From the IMG/VR virus record IMGVR_UViG_3300017766_003987, positions 43,267 to 107,266 of that record: a DNA stretch of 64,000 bases; one strand, written 5' to 3'. Both the position numbers and the translations under genes were made by a program. The notes beneath the pieces were generated by a model. The model searched no databases, had not been told where the DNA came from, and worked only from the letters and a program-made list of their open reading frames with translations. The DNA comes from a virus. Every line of letters begins with the position of its first letter. The stretch's first letter is position 1. Shown here piece by piece: positions 25,257-36,037 of the stretch.

Positions 25257-28200
25257 ATGACCCGACTTATCCCCGTATCGGAATGGCAATGGGACCTCTG
25301 GAAGGTGACCTATCACACCACGCCCGAGGGGCCGGCTGAGCCCGGCTATGATCGCTATCTCGTGAGCACTGACACTCACGTTCAGGGCGAGGTCTGCGAA
25401 GGCGACCGTTGGCCCAGCCCGCATCTCAATTATGCGCGGTGGGAACCCGTTGCCGAGAAGGTCCGAGCTCCCCGCGCCGTTGGATCGTACTACGGTCAAA
25501 CGTTGTATGAAGACGGATGGGCCGCAGGTGAGCGCGAAGCGCAGGAACGCAAGCTGAAATGAGTATCGTTCGAAGGAATCTCATGACGATAGTAGGGTAT
25601 GCACCTTATTGCGGTAACATGCGTTGCAGCAATCGGATGCCGCGTACCTACTTCGTCAACGGACAGTTCCAATGCTCGTGCGGTTGGCGCTCGTCTTTCG
25701 AGCCCGAGTTCATCGCTGAGTACAAAGCCAAATGGGGATTAGAATGAGCAAGCAAATGACCGGACCCTGCTACATGACCAAAGAAGCCCTCGAGACGCCG
25801 TCCGAGGGTTCGGAGGTCATGCTCAACTATTGGTGGTGGGAAAAGGACGGCCAAATCCTTGACTACGTCATGAATGGACAGCATTGTGCGCAAGCCAACA
25901 AGTCCAAAGCTGTCATGGATCACATGGTCGAACATGGGCACAAGTTGTATGCGAACCATACACCCATGTTGATCCCCGTCGCTTATTATCCGAGGTCCAG
26001 ATGACCGCATCCGAATTGCTCAAGCTGGTTGAACAAGCTGCGGGTTATGAGCGCGAACTAAACGGAATGCTTCAGTGCTTGCATAGGGGTTGGCGCTTCA
26101 TTCGCTTCGCTGGCGATAACGACTATGCCTCAGCCTACCTTGACGTGGAACCTGGTCCTGAGAATGAAGGACGGGGCGGCAAGGTTCATCGCGGAACGAT
26201 GATCTTTTACATTCCGTATCCTGCGGTTGGTCATTATCATTATCAACAATGGTCAGGAGAGCATCCACTCTACACGACAGACATAAATACCGCATTGGCA
26301 TTTGCCTGCAATTGGTTCCCTGAGTACGACTACGTGCTCGAGAAGACAAATGGTGGTTTGACGATCTCGTGTCTGTTCGGTACGCTCGATCCCAACAAAC
26401 GAGTATTCGGCAACAACTTGGCCCTTGCCATCATCGCCGCGACGCTCAAAGAATTGATCGAAAGGTTCCCTGATGTCCATCGTCCCAACTGACCGCGAAA
26501 AGAAGAACCTCGAGTTCATCCGAAACGTTGAAGCTTGGCCCCGTTGGCCTGAGCTTCCTGTGGTTGGGAGCCGTGATCGTCAGCGAAGTGGCATGATCTT
26601 TGCCGGTGATTTGCGCAACGTGTATCACGTCAACATCTTCGATCTCGGTGATCGCCCGGGCAAGACCTATCAGGAAAAGCTCGTCGGCGTAAAGTATGAT
26701 CGTTACGCTTCGACCGAAGAGCTGGTTCGCGATTGGACGGTTGATTGATGGCATGGAAGCTGTGCTGGGATTTCGAGACAAAGAGCTGGGACCGCAAAAA
26801 GAAGAAGCCGCTTCGGATCAAAGGCGAGAACACTGGAGGCCCTTACCCCTACACTGAGGAATCTGCCAAAGCCCTTGCCGAAGACCTGTGCCGAATGTAC
26901 GGTGATGGTACGCACTGGGCTGAGGAAGTCAAATCCGAGGGTAGCACTCGTTAACGACAAGATCAATCCTGAGGATCGCATTCTCGTTCTTCTGCCTGTT
27001 GAGAACATTCCCGATGGCGCGACCGTTACGAAGCGGACCGGCGACAAGGAATATGTTCTTCGTCGGAACATGAAAGTTTACCTCTTGCCGGATGCGCCTG
27101 ATCGGACTATCGAGATCGAAGGCTTCTTTCTCGGTGCGGACGGTGAAGTACGTCAAGTGCAAGAAGGTACTCTTCTTCATTGGAACATATGTGCTGAAGA
27201 CTTCGTTGACGAGATGCAGCGCAGTTGGCATGAAAGAGTTGAACAGTGACACGCGTAGCCGGACCCATGTTTGCAGCTTGTGAGGATCTCATCAAGTTGT
27301 ACGTTCTCGAGAATAACAACCGTCAAGGGTATCTTGAACGTGTAACCTTTCACGTCGATGTAGAAAGCTGGCAAGCGATCTTGGCCCTGGAAGACATGGG
27401 CATGAGGTCGGCCATCTCGATGTTTGGTAGGGGGTTAGCGAGTTGGGCTAACGTGCCGGTAAAGACAGTTCACACAAAGAATCTGTCTAGCGACATGAGT
27501 GCAATTCCCAAAGGTTACGGTCCGATCTCGAAACATACGACAATCGAGGATAACGGAATGCCTCAGATGCTAACCCTTGAATGCATCGACCAGCGTACCA
27601 AGCGCGTCGTCTACATCAATCACCCTCACAATCCGCCCGAATACCAGTAAACGCGCCCCGCGCACTTCGCCGTCACGGGGGTCCCGCCCCTCGCCCCTGT
27701 ATCGCCTCACCCTGTGGAAGGAATCGCCTCAATGAACGTCAATCACCTCAAGCGCGAGATGTATAAAGCTCGTATAGCCGAGCTCAGCGGCGCGCTTGAA
27801 TTGGCGCTTGCCATTCTGATCAAGCTTGAGCCGCCTGACAGTCGCGCGGTGTCGGATCATTTCGTTGCGATGGCCGCAATTCACGCGGGTGGGGATATCG
27901 TTAGCGATGCCGCTCGACAGATCGTCAAAGACATGCTTGAGAAGATTAAGCAGGACGAAGAGATCAAAGACATCGTTATCGCTTGCGGGGAACCCGAGCC
28001 ATTTTCGATGTATGACGAAGAAGGCGTCGAGGGTTGGCTCTGGACCCACCCCGACGGCCGGCAATGGTCTGAAATGGGCTCATGGGACAAACCCGCTCCC
28101 CCTCATCCCGCGTTAGCCAATCTGAACTATTCAATCCGGATCGGCGACGTTGAAATTCAGGTGACATCCAATTGAGGTACATTATTGCTCAGCAAATGCG

Positions 28201-29238
28201 AATGGCGGCTAACATCATTCGTGTTGAACTCAAAGATTGGAAGCTCGTAAATCGAGCCCGATTTGAGTATACGGATTCCGATGGCGAGCTGGTAAGGATC
28301 ATCAGCGGCTCAGGTCATTCCCTTCAAGGAATTCGATTTGATCGACTGTACCTTGCTCATGGATGGCGAGAAGCTATGAGTGAAAGTGAGCGAGCAGAAC
28401 TTTTTCAAGTGGCTCGAGCTTTCAACGCTCGGATCACCTATGTCTACCGAAACGGAGAAATGCGAGATGCCTAGGAAGTTTCTTGTGCTTAAGCAGCGCA
28501 TTTTGGACGGTGAAACTTATGCCGAAGTAGGCGACATTGTCTACGATCAACAAACGCATGACTACGGTTTAGCGAATGAAGATTCTCGCATAACTGGCAT
28601 CGAGCATCGCAGCGTAACAAAGAACGAAGACGGAGGCTACCCTGGCTTCACTATCTCGGTTTTTGACATTGAGGAGCTCAAAGAATGAGCTGGTTCCGTG
28701 CGCAACGCATCCACAGGATGCCGCTTTCACCTGAAGAGCGCAAGATCATCGATGAGGCCTGCTATGCCGCTGTCGAGCGAGCGATCTGCCCGAGGCCGGC
28801 AACGCATGATCTGCGCGTCAACAAGGTCGCCTGACTTGAGCAAATCTTTTTCTGATCGCTGGGAGCGCAAGCCAAAAGGTTCGGGCGCCATCTGGAAGCA
28901 CCCTTTGCTGGCGCATGCCATTGTTGACACTCGAGGGTTCGGGTCCAACGCACGAATCTCATACAAGAACGAACGCTTCGACACAGTAGTGCAAGCGAAG
29001 CTTTATGCGGAAGAGGAATATGAACGTAGCGCAAATGGGTGACGCGGCAGACGACGTTTACGAATCTGAGATGCGCCAAGAGGCGCTTGAGGATGCTTGG
29101 ATGAAAGGTATTCGAGACGCTTGCGAATACTCGATCCTCGGTCGCAAGCCTTGCCGGGTCGTATCGAATTGGCGTCCACAGGGAGATGCCGCGCCTTATC
29201 GGTGCGCTCACTGCAACAAGGAATTTGACTACCCGTGA
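25257..29238 (+). other. run of about 13 small hypothetical early ORFs
   Basis: Co-oriented ORFs with overlapping start/stop codons, e.g. 25257-25562, 26001-26492, 26473-26748, 27246-27650, 27732-28175, 28172-28474. Confidence 0.5.
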
Positions 29239-29615
29239 ACTGTCCTGTATGCCATAAAGGCAATATCCGCGTTATCGATAGCCGATCAACTCGGATCCGC
29301 GTAGGACACGCAGCCTCGGATTCACCTGCTATTCGACGGCGACGCAAATGCCTATCATGCGCTCACACTTGGACGACTTACGAAGTCTCCGAGGGCGTAT
29401 GGATGGGATATCGAGGGAACGTTAGTCTCGGTGGGATAATCGGTCAGGCGAGGCGAAGGGGGTTTATCGTGCCTCCCGGGCTTCGCGATAAATACACTAA
29501 CCTTAGACGCAACAAAGCTATGACCGCAAATGAAGCCGCCAAAGCACTGGGGATCATGAATGAGGATGGAACGGTGAAGAGGCAATTTCTTCCCCCTTCA
29601 CCAAAAAGCACCTAG
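29235..29615 (+). CDS. NrdR-like zinc-ribbon protein lacking the ATP-cone
   Basis: CPVC...RVIDSR...IRRRRKCLSC..TWTTYE. Confidence 0.7.
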   Translation: MNCPVCHKGNIRVIDSRSTRIRVGHAASDSPAIRRRRKCLSCAHTWTTYEVSEGVWMGYRGNVSLGGIIGQARRRGFIVPPGLRDKYTNLRRNKAMTANEAAKALGIMNEDGTVKRQFLPPSPKST

Positions 29616-30118
29616 ACGCTTCCTAAGGCGACCACTCCCAAAAACGCAAGCGTCATGATCGAACCAGCGATGAACATGCTAATGCCAACCGCGAGTATCC
29701 ACCATCGCATTGACACGGGTTCGATGTCTTCTTTGGTGTTTAGGGGCGTAAGAAGCAACGAACTCGCCGACAAGAAGAACCCCACAGTAAAGATTCCACC
29801 TATTGGAACATGACGAGACCACTCGCGAAGATCATATCCAATAACGATGACTAGGTAGACGAAGTAAGCAAGGCTAACAACCGATCCAAGCCAGACACCG
29901 ACAAAGATATTATCTGTGCCTGTAGAAATACCTGTGCGAAGCGAGGCATAAGCACGTTTAGCCCAAGTCAAACAGACCGCAAGGTTAACTCCAATGACTA
30001 AAGAGTTGATAACAATTCGAGCATTATCCGGTCCGTTGGGGAGAGTATAGTGCCCGATAAGATAAAGGATCAGCATAATGAGACTGGCCCAAAGTGCTGC
30101 ATGAGTTTTGACACCCAT
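29612..30118 (-). CDS. multi-pass membrane protein (lysis module)
   Basis: About five hydrophobic helices. Confidence 0.65.
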   Translation of the reverse strand: MGVKTHAALWASLIMLILYLIGHYTLPNGPDNARIVINSLVIGVNLAVCLTWAKRAYASLRTGISTGTDNIFVGVWLGSVVSLAYFVYLVIVIGYDLREWSRHVPIGGIFTVGFFLSASSLLLTPLNTKEDIEPVSMRWWILAVGISMFIAGSIMTLAFLGVVALGSV

Positions 30119-30123
30119 AGTAG

Positions 30124-30330
30124 CTAAAACCTCCGAAGCTCCTGGGCCGCTTTTGCGGCAAATAATTCTTGCGACGCTGCGACAGTTCGCTCAGCAGATG
30201 TCACCAGGTGGTCGAGCAATATTTTACCTGATGCCGCTTCCTCGGCTTTTGAGGGATCGGGTACCTCAGCCGGGGCAGTGTTCAATGTGGTTCGGGCACG
30301 TCCACCAATTAGAGACATAAACCACCTCAC
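30124..30330 (-). CDS. hypothetical protein (lysis module)
   Basis: Packed ORF. Confidence 0.5.
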   Translation of the reverse strand: MRWFMSLIGGRARTTLNTAPAEVPDPSKAEEAASGKILLDHLVTSAERTVAASQELFAAKAAQELRRF

Positions 30331-30620
30331 TTGTCAAGCATCCTTTTCATTAAATCGTGGCTCTGCTCAGCAGCAACCACCATTGAATTACCGAGGGGAA
30401 TGAGAACTTTTTGATCCTCTACACGCTGTTCCTGCAACTTCGCATTCAATGCGCGCTCAGCTGATAACTGTTGATCAAACCGATCCTGCTGCCTTATGAT
30501 CCACCAAAGCAATAACCCGATAATGCCTATCAGCGGGCCTTGCTGGAACATAGTTCCTATGTCAAACGGGAGCGGCACAGGATTAGCAGCTACAGCTGGG
30601 GCTATGACTGTAGGATCCAT
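30327..30620 (-). CDS. single-TM coiled-coil protein (holin/spanin candidate)
   Basis: GPLIGIIGLLLWWII followed by coiled coil. Confidence 0.55.
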   Translation of the reverse strand: MDPTVIAPAVAANPVPLPFDIGTMFQQGPLIGIIGLLLWWIIRQQDRFDQQLSAERALNAKLQEQRVEDQKVLIPLGNSMVVAAEQSHDLMKRMLDK

Positions 30621-30623
30621 TCA

Positions 30624-31151
30624 TCAAAGCCCAGCTTTCTTCTCTTCGGTACGCTTCCAGATCTGAATGCCGAGAACCGCTAGCGCAGCGACATTCATGA
30701 ATGTCAAGTACGTAGTGATGTCTTCGAGCTTGATGATAGCATCCAGGCGATCAGTCCACAGCAACCACAGGAAGGTGACGATCTGCATGGCGAAGAGCAC
30801 AGTGTAACTGATAGCGAACAGGGGCCGCCAGATCCGCGTCAGAAGACCGTCCGCCTTCTGATCGTCGCGGAGCATGGCAACGTAATTGGAGAGGTCACCG
30901 GTGCCGATATCGAAGCTCTTGATGACCTGAGATTCGATGCTCTGAACAATCGGCGCGCTTCCAGCGGGGTCTCGCTCAATGGCGTCGGCCACAGCGTCGG
31001 AGGTCGCCGGCGTGCCTAGTTCCTGAGCGAGAGACTCAATGATCCCGCCTGCAATTTTGCCGCCTACGCCGCCGACTGCGTTCTCGACCAGGTTCTTGAG
31101 CATCGGGGCTCCCGCCTTGAGCAGGGCCCCACCGAGTTTACCGAGATCCAT
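30624..31151 (-). CDS. holin-like protein (GTA 3TM-holin type)
   Basis: WRP motif plus two C-terminal TM segments; follows the endolysin. Confidence 0.6.
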   Translation of the reverse strand: MDLGKLGGALLKAGAPMLKNLVENAVGGVGGKIAGGIIESLAQELGTPATSDAVADAIERDPAGSAPIVQSIESQVIKSFDIGTGDLSNYVAMLRDDQKADGLLTRIWRPLFAISYTVLFAMQIVTFLWLLWTDRLDAIIKLEDITTYLTFMNVAALAVLGIQIWKRTEEKKAGL

Positions 31152-31152
31152 T

Positions 31153-32139
31153 TTACGCAATCCTCTTGAGCGCGGGGGCAATTTCGTCCTTGTAGCGAAC
31201 TGCAAGGTAGACGAGCACGGCAATACCGATTGCGAGACCGCCCCAGAGCAGAACGTCGCCGATCCAACCAAGATCGCTGACCGGGATCGGGGAATCGGGC
31301 AAGGGCACAGCGTCGCCGGCCTTCGTCCCTCCCTCAATCGCTCCACCAGCGACCGCGCCGCCCCCAACGCCCCCTGTTACGAGACCTTTGTCCCTCAACG
31401 CAACAGAACGTTGCAGCGCGGAAAGCGTTGCAGGGCCGATCACACCGTCTTCAGCAAGCTGGCCGTGATCCTTCTGAAAGCGCAGGGTAGCGGCGACCGT
31501 GCGTTGACCAGGCACGCCGTCAGCGGGGCCCGGCGAGTAGCCGAGCTTCTCGAGCCACTTCTGCGCCTGAGCAATATCCTGCTGGATTGTGTGGGTCTGC
31601 GGTACTTCACCGAGATTCCACGGCTTGACCCAAGCAGGCCAATTCCCTGTGGACGCAATATCCGCTTCTTCGCCGCGACGCTTGACGAGGCCCGGCAACT
31701 TCTTGCCTCGAGCGGTCGTGCCGGTCGTGCGCCAACGAGCAATGCCCATTGCGCGCTTGCCCTGAGCGATCAGGGACGCCCAGTCCCAAGCGAGCGCGCC
31801 TGTCCCACAATTGAAGAGCATGGAACCGGCTGCGGCGACGAGCTCGCCGCGTTCATTGGGGAATTTTGCTTCAGCAGGCGGTACGTATTCTTTGGACAGC
31901 ACAAGCTGAAGCAGTTCAAATGCTTCAGCCTCGGTCAACGTATCACCGAGTTTCAGCTTCCCAGTGCCGCGATGCTTCGCCCACCAGTCACGGAATATCT
32001 TGGAACCCCAAGTGAATCCATAACCGATTGTGACAACATGCACCGGGTCAAGGTACGCCTTGAGAACTTTGCCCTCATGCCCGCCGACGAACGGCAAGAG
32101 ATATCGATAAACTGCGACGTCCATTAGATAACTCCGCAA
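31153..32139 (-). CDS. endolysin: GH24 lysozyme + peptidoglycan-binding domain + C-terminal TM
   Basis: HEG...AYLD...TIGYG catalytic triad, GLVKRR, LGYSPGPADGVPG..DGVIGPAT. Confidence 0.88.
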   Translation of the reverse strand: MRSYLMDVAVYRYLLPFVGGHEGKVLKAYLDPVHVVTIGYGFTWGSKIFRDWWAKHRGTGKLKLGDTLTEAEAFELLQLVLSKEYVPPAEAKFPNERGELVAAAGSMLFNCGTGALAWDWASLIAQGKRAMGIARWRTTGTTARGKKLPGLVKRRGEEADIASTGNWPAWVKPWNLGEVPQTHTIQQDIAQAQKWLEKLGYSPGPADGVPGQRTVAATLRFQKDHGQLAEDGVIGPATLSALQRSVALRDKGLVTGGVGGGAVAGGAIEGGTKAGDAVPLPDSPIPVSDLGWIGDVLLWGGLAIGIAVLVYLAVRYKDEIAPALKRIA

Positions 32140-32213
32140 CGCAATAGGGGAAATGTTTAGGCGACGTTACGCTCCAACGTCACGGAAGGCAAGGCAGATG
32201 CAGAGGCTAAAGA

Positions 32214-33929
32214 TTAGCCCCAAACAGCCGCGGCGGCAGAATGGTTATTTGTCGTGTTGCTTGCCGTTGCGGTAACTGTTCTCGGGGTCGCCGCGGCTGC
32301 TGCTTCAGCCGAGCCCCCTGAGTAACTATTGCTTCCGCTTTGGATGGCGCCGTCAAAATCTTCTGTTACACCTACCCAAGCAGTGGTTCTCAAACTGCCG
32401 ATATTGATAACATTACACGCAATGACAATATCACCAATCTCAGCATCTACGCTAACTGTTCTGGTTGTGCTCGCCGCGTCCCCGTCGGCAGCTGTATCTT
32501 TGGCTGTTGTAGATGCCAGCCCGTTCAGTCTCCACACAGCAATACCGAGAACACCGAATGAGCCAGACATGGTGACAACGATATTGCCTGAGGCATTTGC
32601 TGGGCCTGCAATCTGCCATAACTCAGCGACTGCAACAGAGTTCACTCCTCGTGTTGCTACCTGACTTGCGTTATTACCATCAACAGTTACACTGCTAACG
32701 GTTCGACCGGTGCTGCTTCGCCCCATCACACCGATGACTAGTAACTGGTGATTGGCACCATAGCCATAAGATGAAAAAGTATAGGTGGTCGATGCTGCGG
32801 CATTAACTGCGCTAACAAATGCCGCTGTTGGGTATCGAAGATTAACAGCTTGCCCGGTCAGAGAATAGGCACCTTGTCCTGCTGCTATGCTGAGTTGGCG
32901 ACCCAGTGTTACGTCGATACCTGTGACAACATAGGATCCTTGACCCGCGATGAGGGGGTACTGCCGGGCAAGTCCTACAGCTTGACCACTGAGCGAGTAG
33001 GAGCCTTGCCCAACGTTTAAGAAATAACCAGCTGAGTAAAGAAGTGTTGCATCCTGCCCCGCCAAGGCATAGGAACCTTGTCCGACGGTGACGGCAAGAC
33101 CTCGCAAGAAATTAGCGACTTGTCCTGTGACAACATAGCTGCCTTGATTAGCAGCATGCAAAATACTTCTGAGAAGATTTACTGTTTGACCGTTGAGCGT
33201 GTAAGTCCCTTGACCGGTCGCTATTACCAGCGCCCTGATGAAGTTAACTGCTTGCCCTGATAGAACGTAAGTATCGTTCCCAACAAGCATTCCGAAACCT
33301 TTGGTCAGATTAACATTTTGACCAGCTAACGCATAAGCACCCATAGCGACTGCAATAGGATGATTCCAGTTAAAGTTTACATTTTGCCCACTAAGAATGT
33401 ATGAGCCAAGACCTGCGAGCTGTTTAAGGTCGCGTTTGAAATTAATATCTTGCCCGCTTAGCACATAGGAACCGAAATCGGTAACCCCGTTAATGCTCTT
33501 GCGAAGGTTAACCGCTTGCCCATTGAGCACGTAATTGCCGTTGGCAGCAATTAACGTTCGAGCAGCGAAAATATTAACCGCGAGTCCAGTTACACTATAA
33601 GAACCGAAATCGGCGGCCTGTCGAAGCGACTTGATAAGGTTCGCGAGCTGTCCAGATACTACATACGAACCTTGATTGGCTGAAAGACGCAGAGCTTTGA
33701 AAAGCTGAACCGCAATACCTGTTAAGGTATAGCTTCCCTGTCCGACTGCTAGATTTATACCCTTATAGAGATTTACCTGCTGACCCCCAACAGAATACGA
33801 CCCCGCAGCCGCAACTAATTTGTGGCCAATGAGCAGATTTGCAACTTGCCCGCTCACAGCGTAGGTGCCAGATGCGGCAACCATGAACCATGATGCGGGC
33901 TTATTGTAGGGGTTCAGCAGATAGAACAT
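32214..33929 (-). CDS. repeat-rich tail/fibre protein
   Basis: About 16 tandem ~22-aa GSY.L.GQ.VN repeats plus a C-terminal beta domain. Confidence 0.7.
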   Translation of the reverse strand: MFYLLNPYNKPASWFMVAASGTYAVSGQVANLLIGHKLVAAAGSYSVGGQQVNLYKGINLAVGQGSYTLTGIAVQLFKALRLSANQGSYVVSGQLANLIKSLRQAADFGSYSVTGLAVNIFAARTLIAANGNYVLNGQAVNLRKSINGVTDFGSYVLSGQDINFKRDLKQLAGLGSYILSGQNVNFNWNHPIAVAMGAYALAGQNVNLTKGFGMLVGNDTYVLSGQAVNFIRALVIATGQGTYTLNGQTVNLLRSILHAANQGSYVVTGQVANFLRGLAVTVGQGSYALAGQDATLLYSAGYFLNVGQGSYSLSGQAVGLARQYPLIAGQGSYVVTGIDVTLGRQLSIAAGQGAYSLTGQAVNLRYPTAAFVSAVNAAASTTYTFSSYGYGANHQLLVIGVMGRSSTGRTVSSVTVDGNNASQVATRGVNSVAVAELWQIAGPANASGNIVVTMSGSFGVLGIAVWRLNGLASTTAKDTAADGDAASTTRTVSVDAEIGDIVIACNVINIGSLRTTAWVGVTEDFDGAIQSGSNSYSGGSAEAAAAATPRTVTATASNTTNNHSAAAAVWG

Positions 33930-33932
33930 CGA

Positions 33933-34283
33933 TTACTCGACAGGGGTATCGACAGGCGCTTCAGCTTCGGTAGATGGATTCTCCGTGTGAAATTTCTGAA
34001 CGGCTTCGGCGTCATAAGGTTTGTCGCCAGATTCACCGGTTTTGCCGCTCAGCGCGTTGGCTAGACGACCTTGCTCGACCTGGAGTTCGTAACGCTTCTG
34101 GTGAGCAATTTTCAAAAGTCCAACCAACTCTCGCTCGCGCTCGATCTTGTAGTTGGAAATCTCTTCAGCTTCAGCCTGAAGCGGTACGAGTTCTTCATCG
34201 CACGCTTTGATCTGAGCATCGAGGTCCCAGAAGCGAGAACGCATTACTTCTGGATCATACGGATTCACTTTGGTTGCCATCAT
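33933..34283 (-). CDS. coiled-coil hypothetical protein
   Basis: GGAGG SD; heptad pattern. Confidence 0.6.
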   Translation of the reverse strand: MMATKVNPYDPEVMRSRFWDLDAQIKACDEELVPLQAEAEEISNYKIERERELVGLLKIAHQKRYELQVEQGRLANALSGKTGESGDKPYDAEAVQKFHTENPSTEAEAPVDTPVE

Positions 34284-34292
34284 GGCCTCCCT

Positions 34293-34646
34293 TTAGCTTT
34301 CGATAAGATGAAGTTTTGCAACCTCAGGCTTTCGCCCTTCGTCAAAACCTCGGCACCAAATCAGCACCGCGTTAGCCGCGTCACCGTGGGTTATGATGTT
34401 GAAACCCACAATCTGACCTTCTCTGATCATGCTTCCATCCGGGGCTGCTCGCCCCGTGGAACGCATATAGTACACTTTTTGCACAAGTGGATGCCATTGA
34501 AACTCGCCGTGCATATTGCGGAAGTAAAGAATCTTTTGTCCGCCGCCCGTAGGATCGGGTTTGATATGCAACGCAGCGGCAACCGCCTCTTGCGTTTTGG
34601 GTGCGCCTTGAAGAAGAGTCAGAATGTGGTGTCTCACATCAGGCAA
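34293..34646 (-). CDS. hypothetical protein (start uncertain)
   Basis: Fills the gap between tail genes. Confidence 0.45.
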   Translation of the reverse strand: MPDVRHHILTLLQGAPKTQEAVAAALHIKPDPTGGGQKILYFRNMHGEFQWHPLVQKVYYMRSTGRAAPDGSMIREGQIVGFNIITHGDAANAVLIWCRGFDEGRKPEVAKLHLIES

Positions 34647-35079
34647 TCTGCAGTACTCCATTGGTCGCGTCAGCGTCCCAAGTGAAGGATTCGCCTGCCG
34701 CGAGAGTGATTGAGGAACCGTAGTCCCACCAAGCAATCAGCGGGTCAGCGTTAGCGCCCTGAGAGTTGGCGGTCGGCGTATCGTTATACAGATCTGTATA
34801 ACGGAACGGGCCGATTGAGCCGCCAGAGGCTGTGAAGACCACGTCACCGCATACAAGCTTGTATGTACCCGACGTTTGCCCGGATGACGACTGACTCGTT
34901 TGGGTGCCACCTGCGGTGTAGCCATTGCCTGCCGAAATTTCGGTAAGATTGGACTTGATGGTGTTGGCCGAGGTAGGCGCAGTATTTGTCAGAAGCACCT
35001 TGAGAGTGTCAGACGCAAGATTGTGAATCTTCTCAGCAAGATCTTCAACGAAGATCTGGTGTTTATTATAAGTGGCCAT
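34639..35079 (-). CDS. virion structural protein
   Basis: DTLKVLLTN..GNGYTAGG..LIAWWDYGSSITL; located in the tail module. Confidence 0.7.
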   Translation of the reverse strand: MATYNKHQIFVEDLAEKIHNLASDTLKVLLTNTAPTSANTIKSNLTEISAGNGYTAGGTQTSQSSSGQTSGTYKLVCGDVVFTASGGSIGPFRYTDLYNDTPTANSQGANADPLIAWWDYGSSITLAAGESFTWDADATNGVLQIA

Positions 35080-35088
35080 CGAGATCTC

Positions 35089-35946
35089 CTAGACCGACGT
35101 TTCTTTCAGCAGAACTTTGAGGCCGATTGCACCTGAGCCTGCGCCATCGACATGGAAAGTCAACTCGTCGTCATCGCTCAGTTCATCATCGACTAACGAG
35201 TAGGGGGTAGCGGCTGTTTTTGAAGTCAGCTCACCTTGATCGATTGTTAACTTGGTCACAAAGATTGAGACACTGTTTCGCTTAATATCAACGGTGACAG
35301 CTCCTGAAGAAGAGGCCACGTTGAGACTGGCTCGAATGGTATCAATCGTAGTATCACCAAAATGTCGCATTGTAAGCTTCTTTCCGGTAGTGATTATTGT
35401 CACTTCATCGGAAAGCGCTACGTGGTTACCACCCGGCCCTTCAGGCCCTGTAACTGAAAGCGCTGCTGACCAATCACCGCTGGTGGAAGAAGCTTTAATA
35501 TAAATCACTGCGGCGTCTTGACCGCCTGTGCCATCTAGCGAAGCAAAGACAAAACCTTTATCTTCATCGTCGTAAGTATCTCGATCTGTAAAATTACCAA
35601 ACGCATCGGGTTGAATACCGAGCGGGCCCAACTGGCCTAACAGCTCAAGGTAACGCCGAGTCTGCGCGGTCGAGCGTGTAACGTCGCCGACGAAACGGAT
35701 TTCGTAAGGGGCTGCGGAAACCGTCGCCCCGGGCCACCCTTCCCATAGGGTCGCGGTCTGCATCGCATAATCAAGAGAGGCAATGCGCTGCGGGGGAATT
35801 TCAGGCTGGTCGGGATCAGAAAACAGATCCCCCGGCATGATCGTCGGAAAGTCAACACTGCCAAGCCCCGCACCAAAAAAGTTAACGAGCGTAGCGCCAG
35901 CTGTAACTGACGCGGTACCCGTATTATAGTACGTGATCAAAGCCAT
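35089..35946 (-). CDS. tail fibre-related protein
   Basis: YNTGTASVTAG N-terminus; tail-module position. Confidence 0.6.
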   Translation of the reverse strand: MALITYYNTGTASVTAGATLVNFFGAGLGSVDFPTIMPGDLFSDPDQPEIPPQRIASLDYAMQTATLWEGWPGATVSAAPYEIRFVGDVTRSTAQTRRYLELLGQLGPLGIQPDAFGNFTDRDTYDDEDKGFVFASLDGTGGQDAAVIYIKASSTSGDWSAALSVTGPEGPGGNHVALSDEVTIITTGKKLTMRHFGDTTIDTIRASLNVASSSGAVTVDIKRNSVSIFVTKLTIDQGELTSKTAATPYSLVDDELSDDDELTFHVDGAGSGAIGLKVLLKETSV

Positions 35947-36037
35947 TTGATATCTGTCTTCTCGAGGGAGGCCGACGCATCACGATAGCCTCTATGTTTC
36001 TGCCAGGCTACCAGAATATCACATCCACAGGGGGAGC

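Noticed and set aside
29607-29616. Gene ending ACC-TAG-A, the same context as the leader
   Set aside because: Expected by chance; it runs into a convergent gene and no stall motif is evident.
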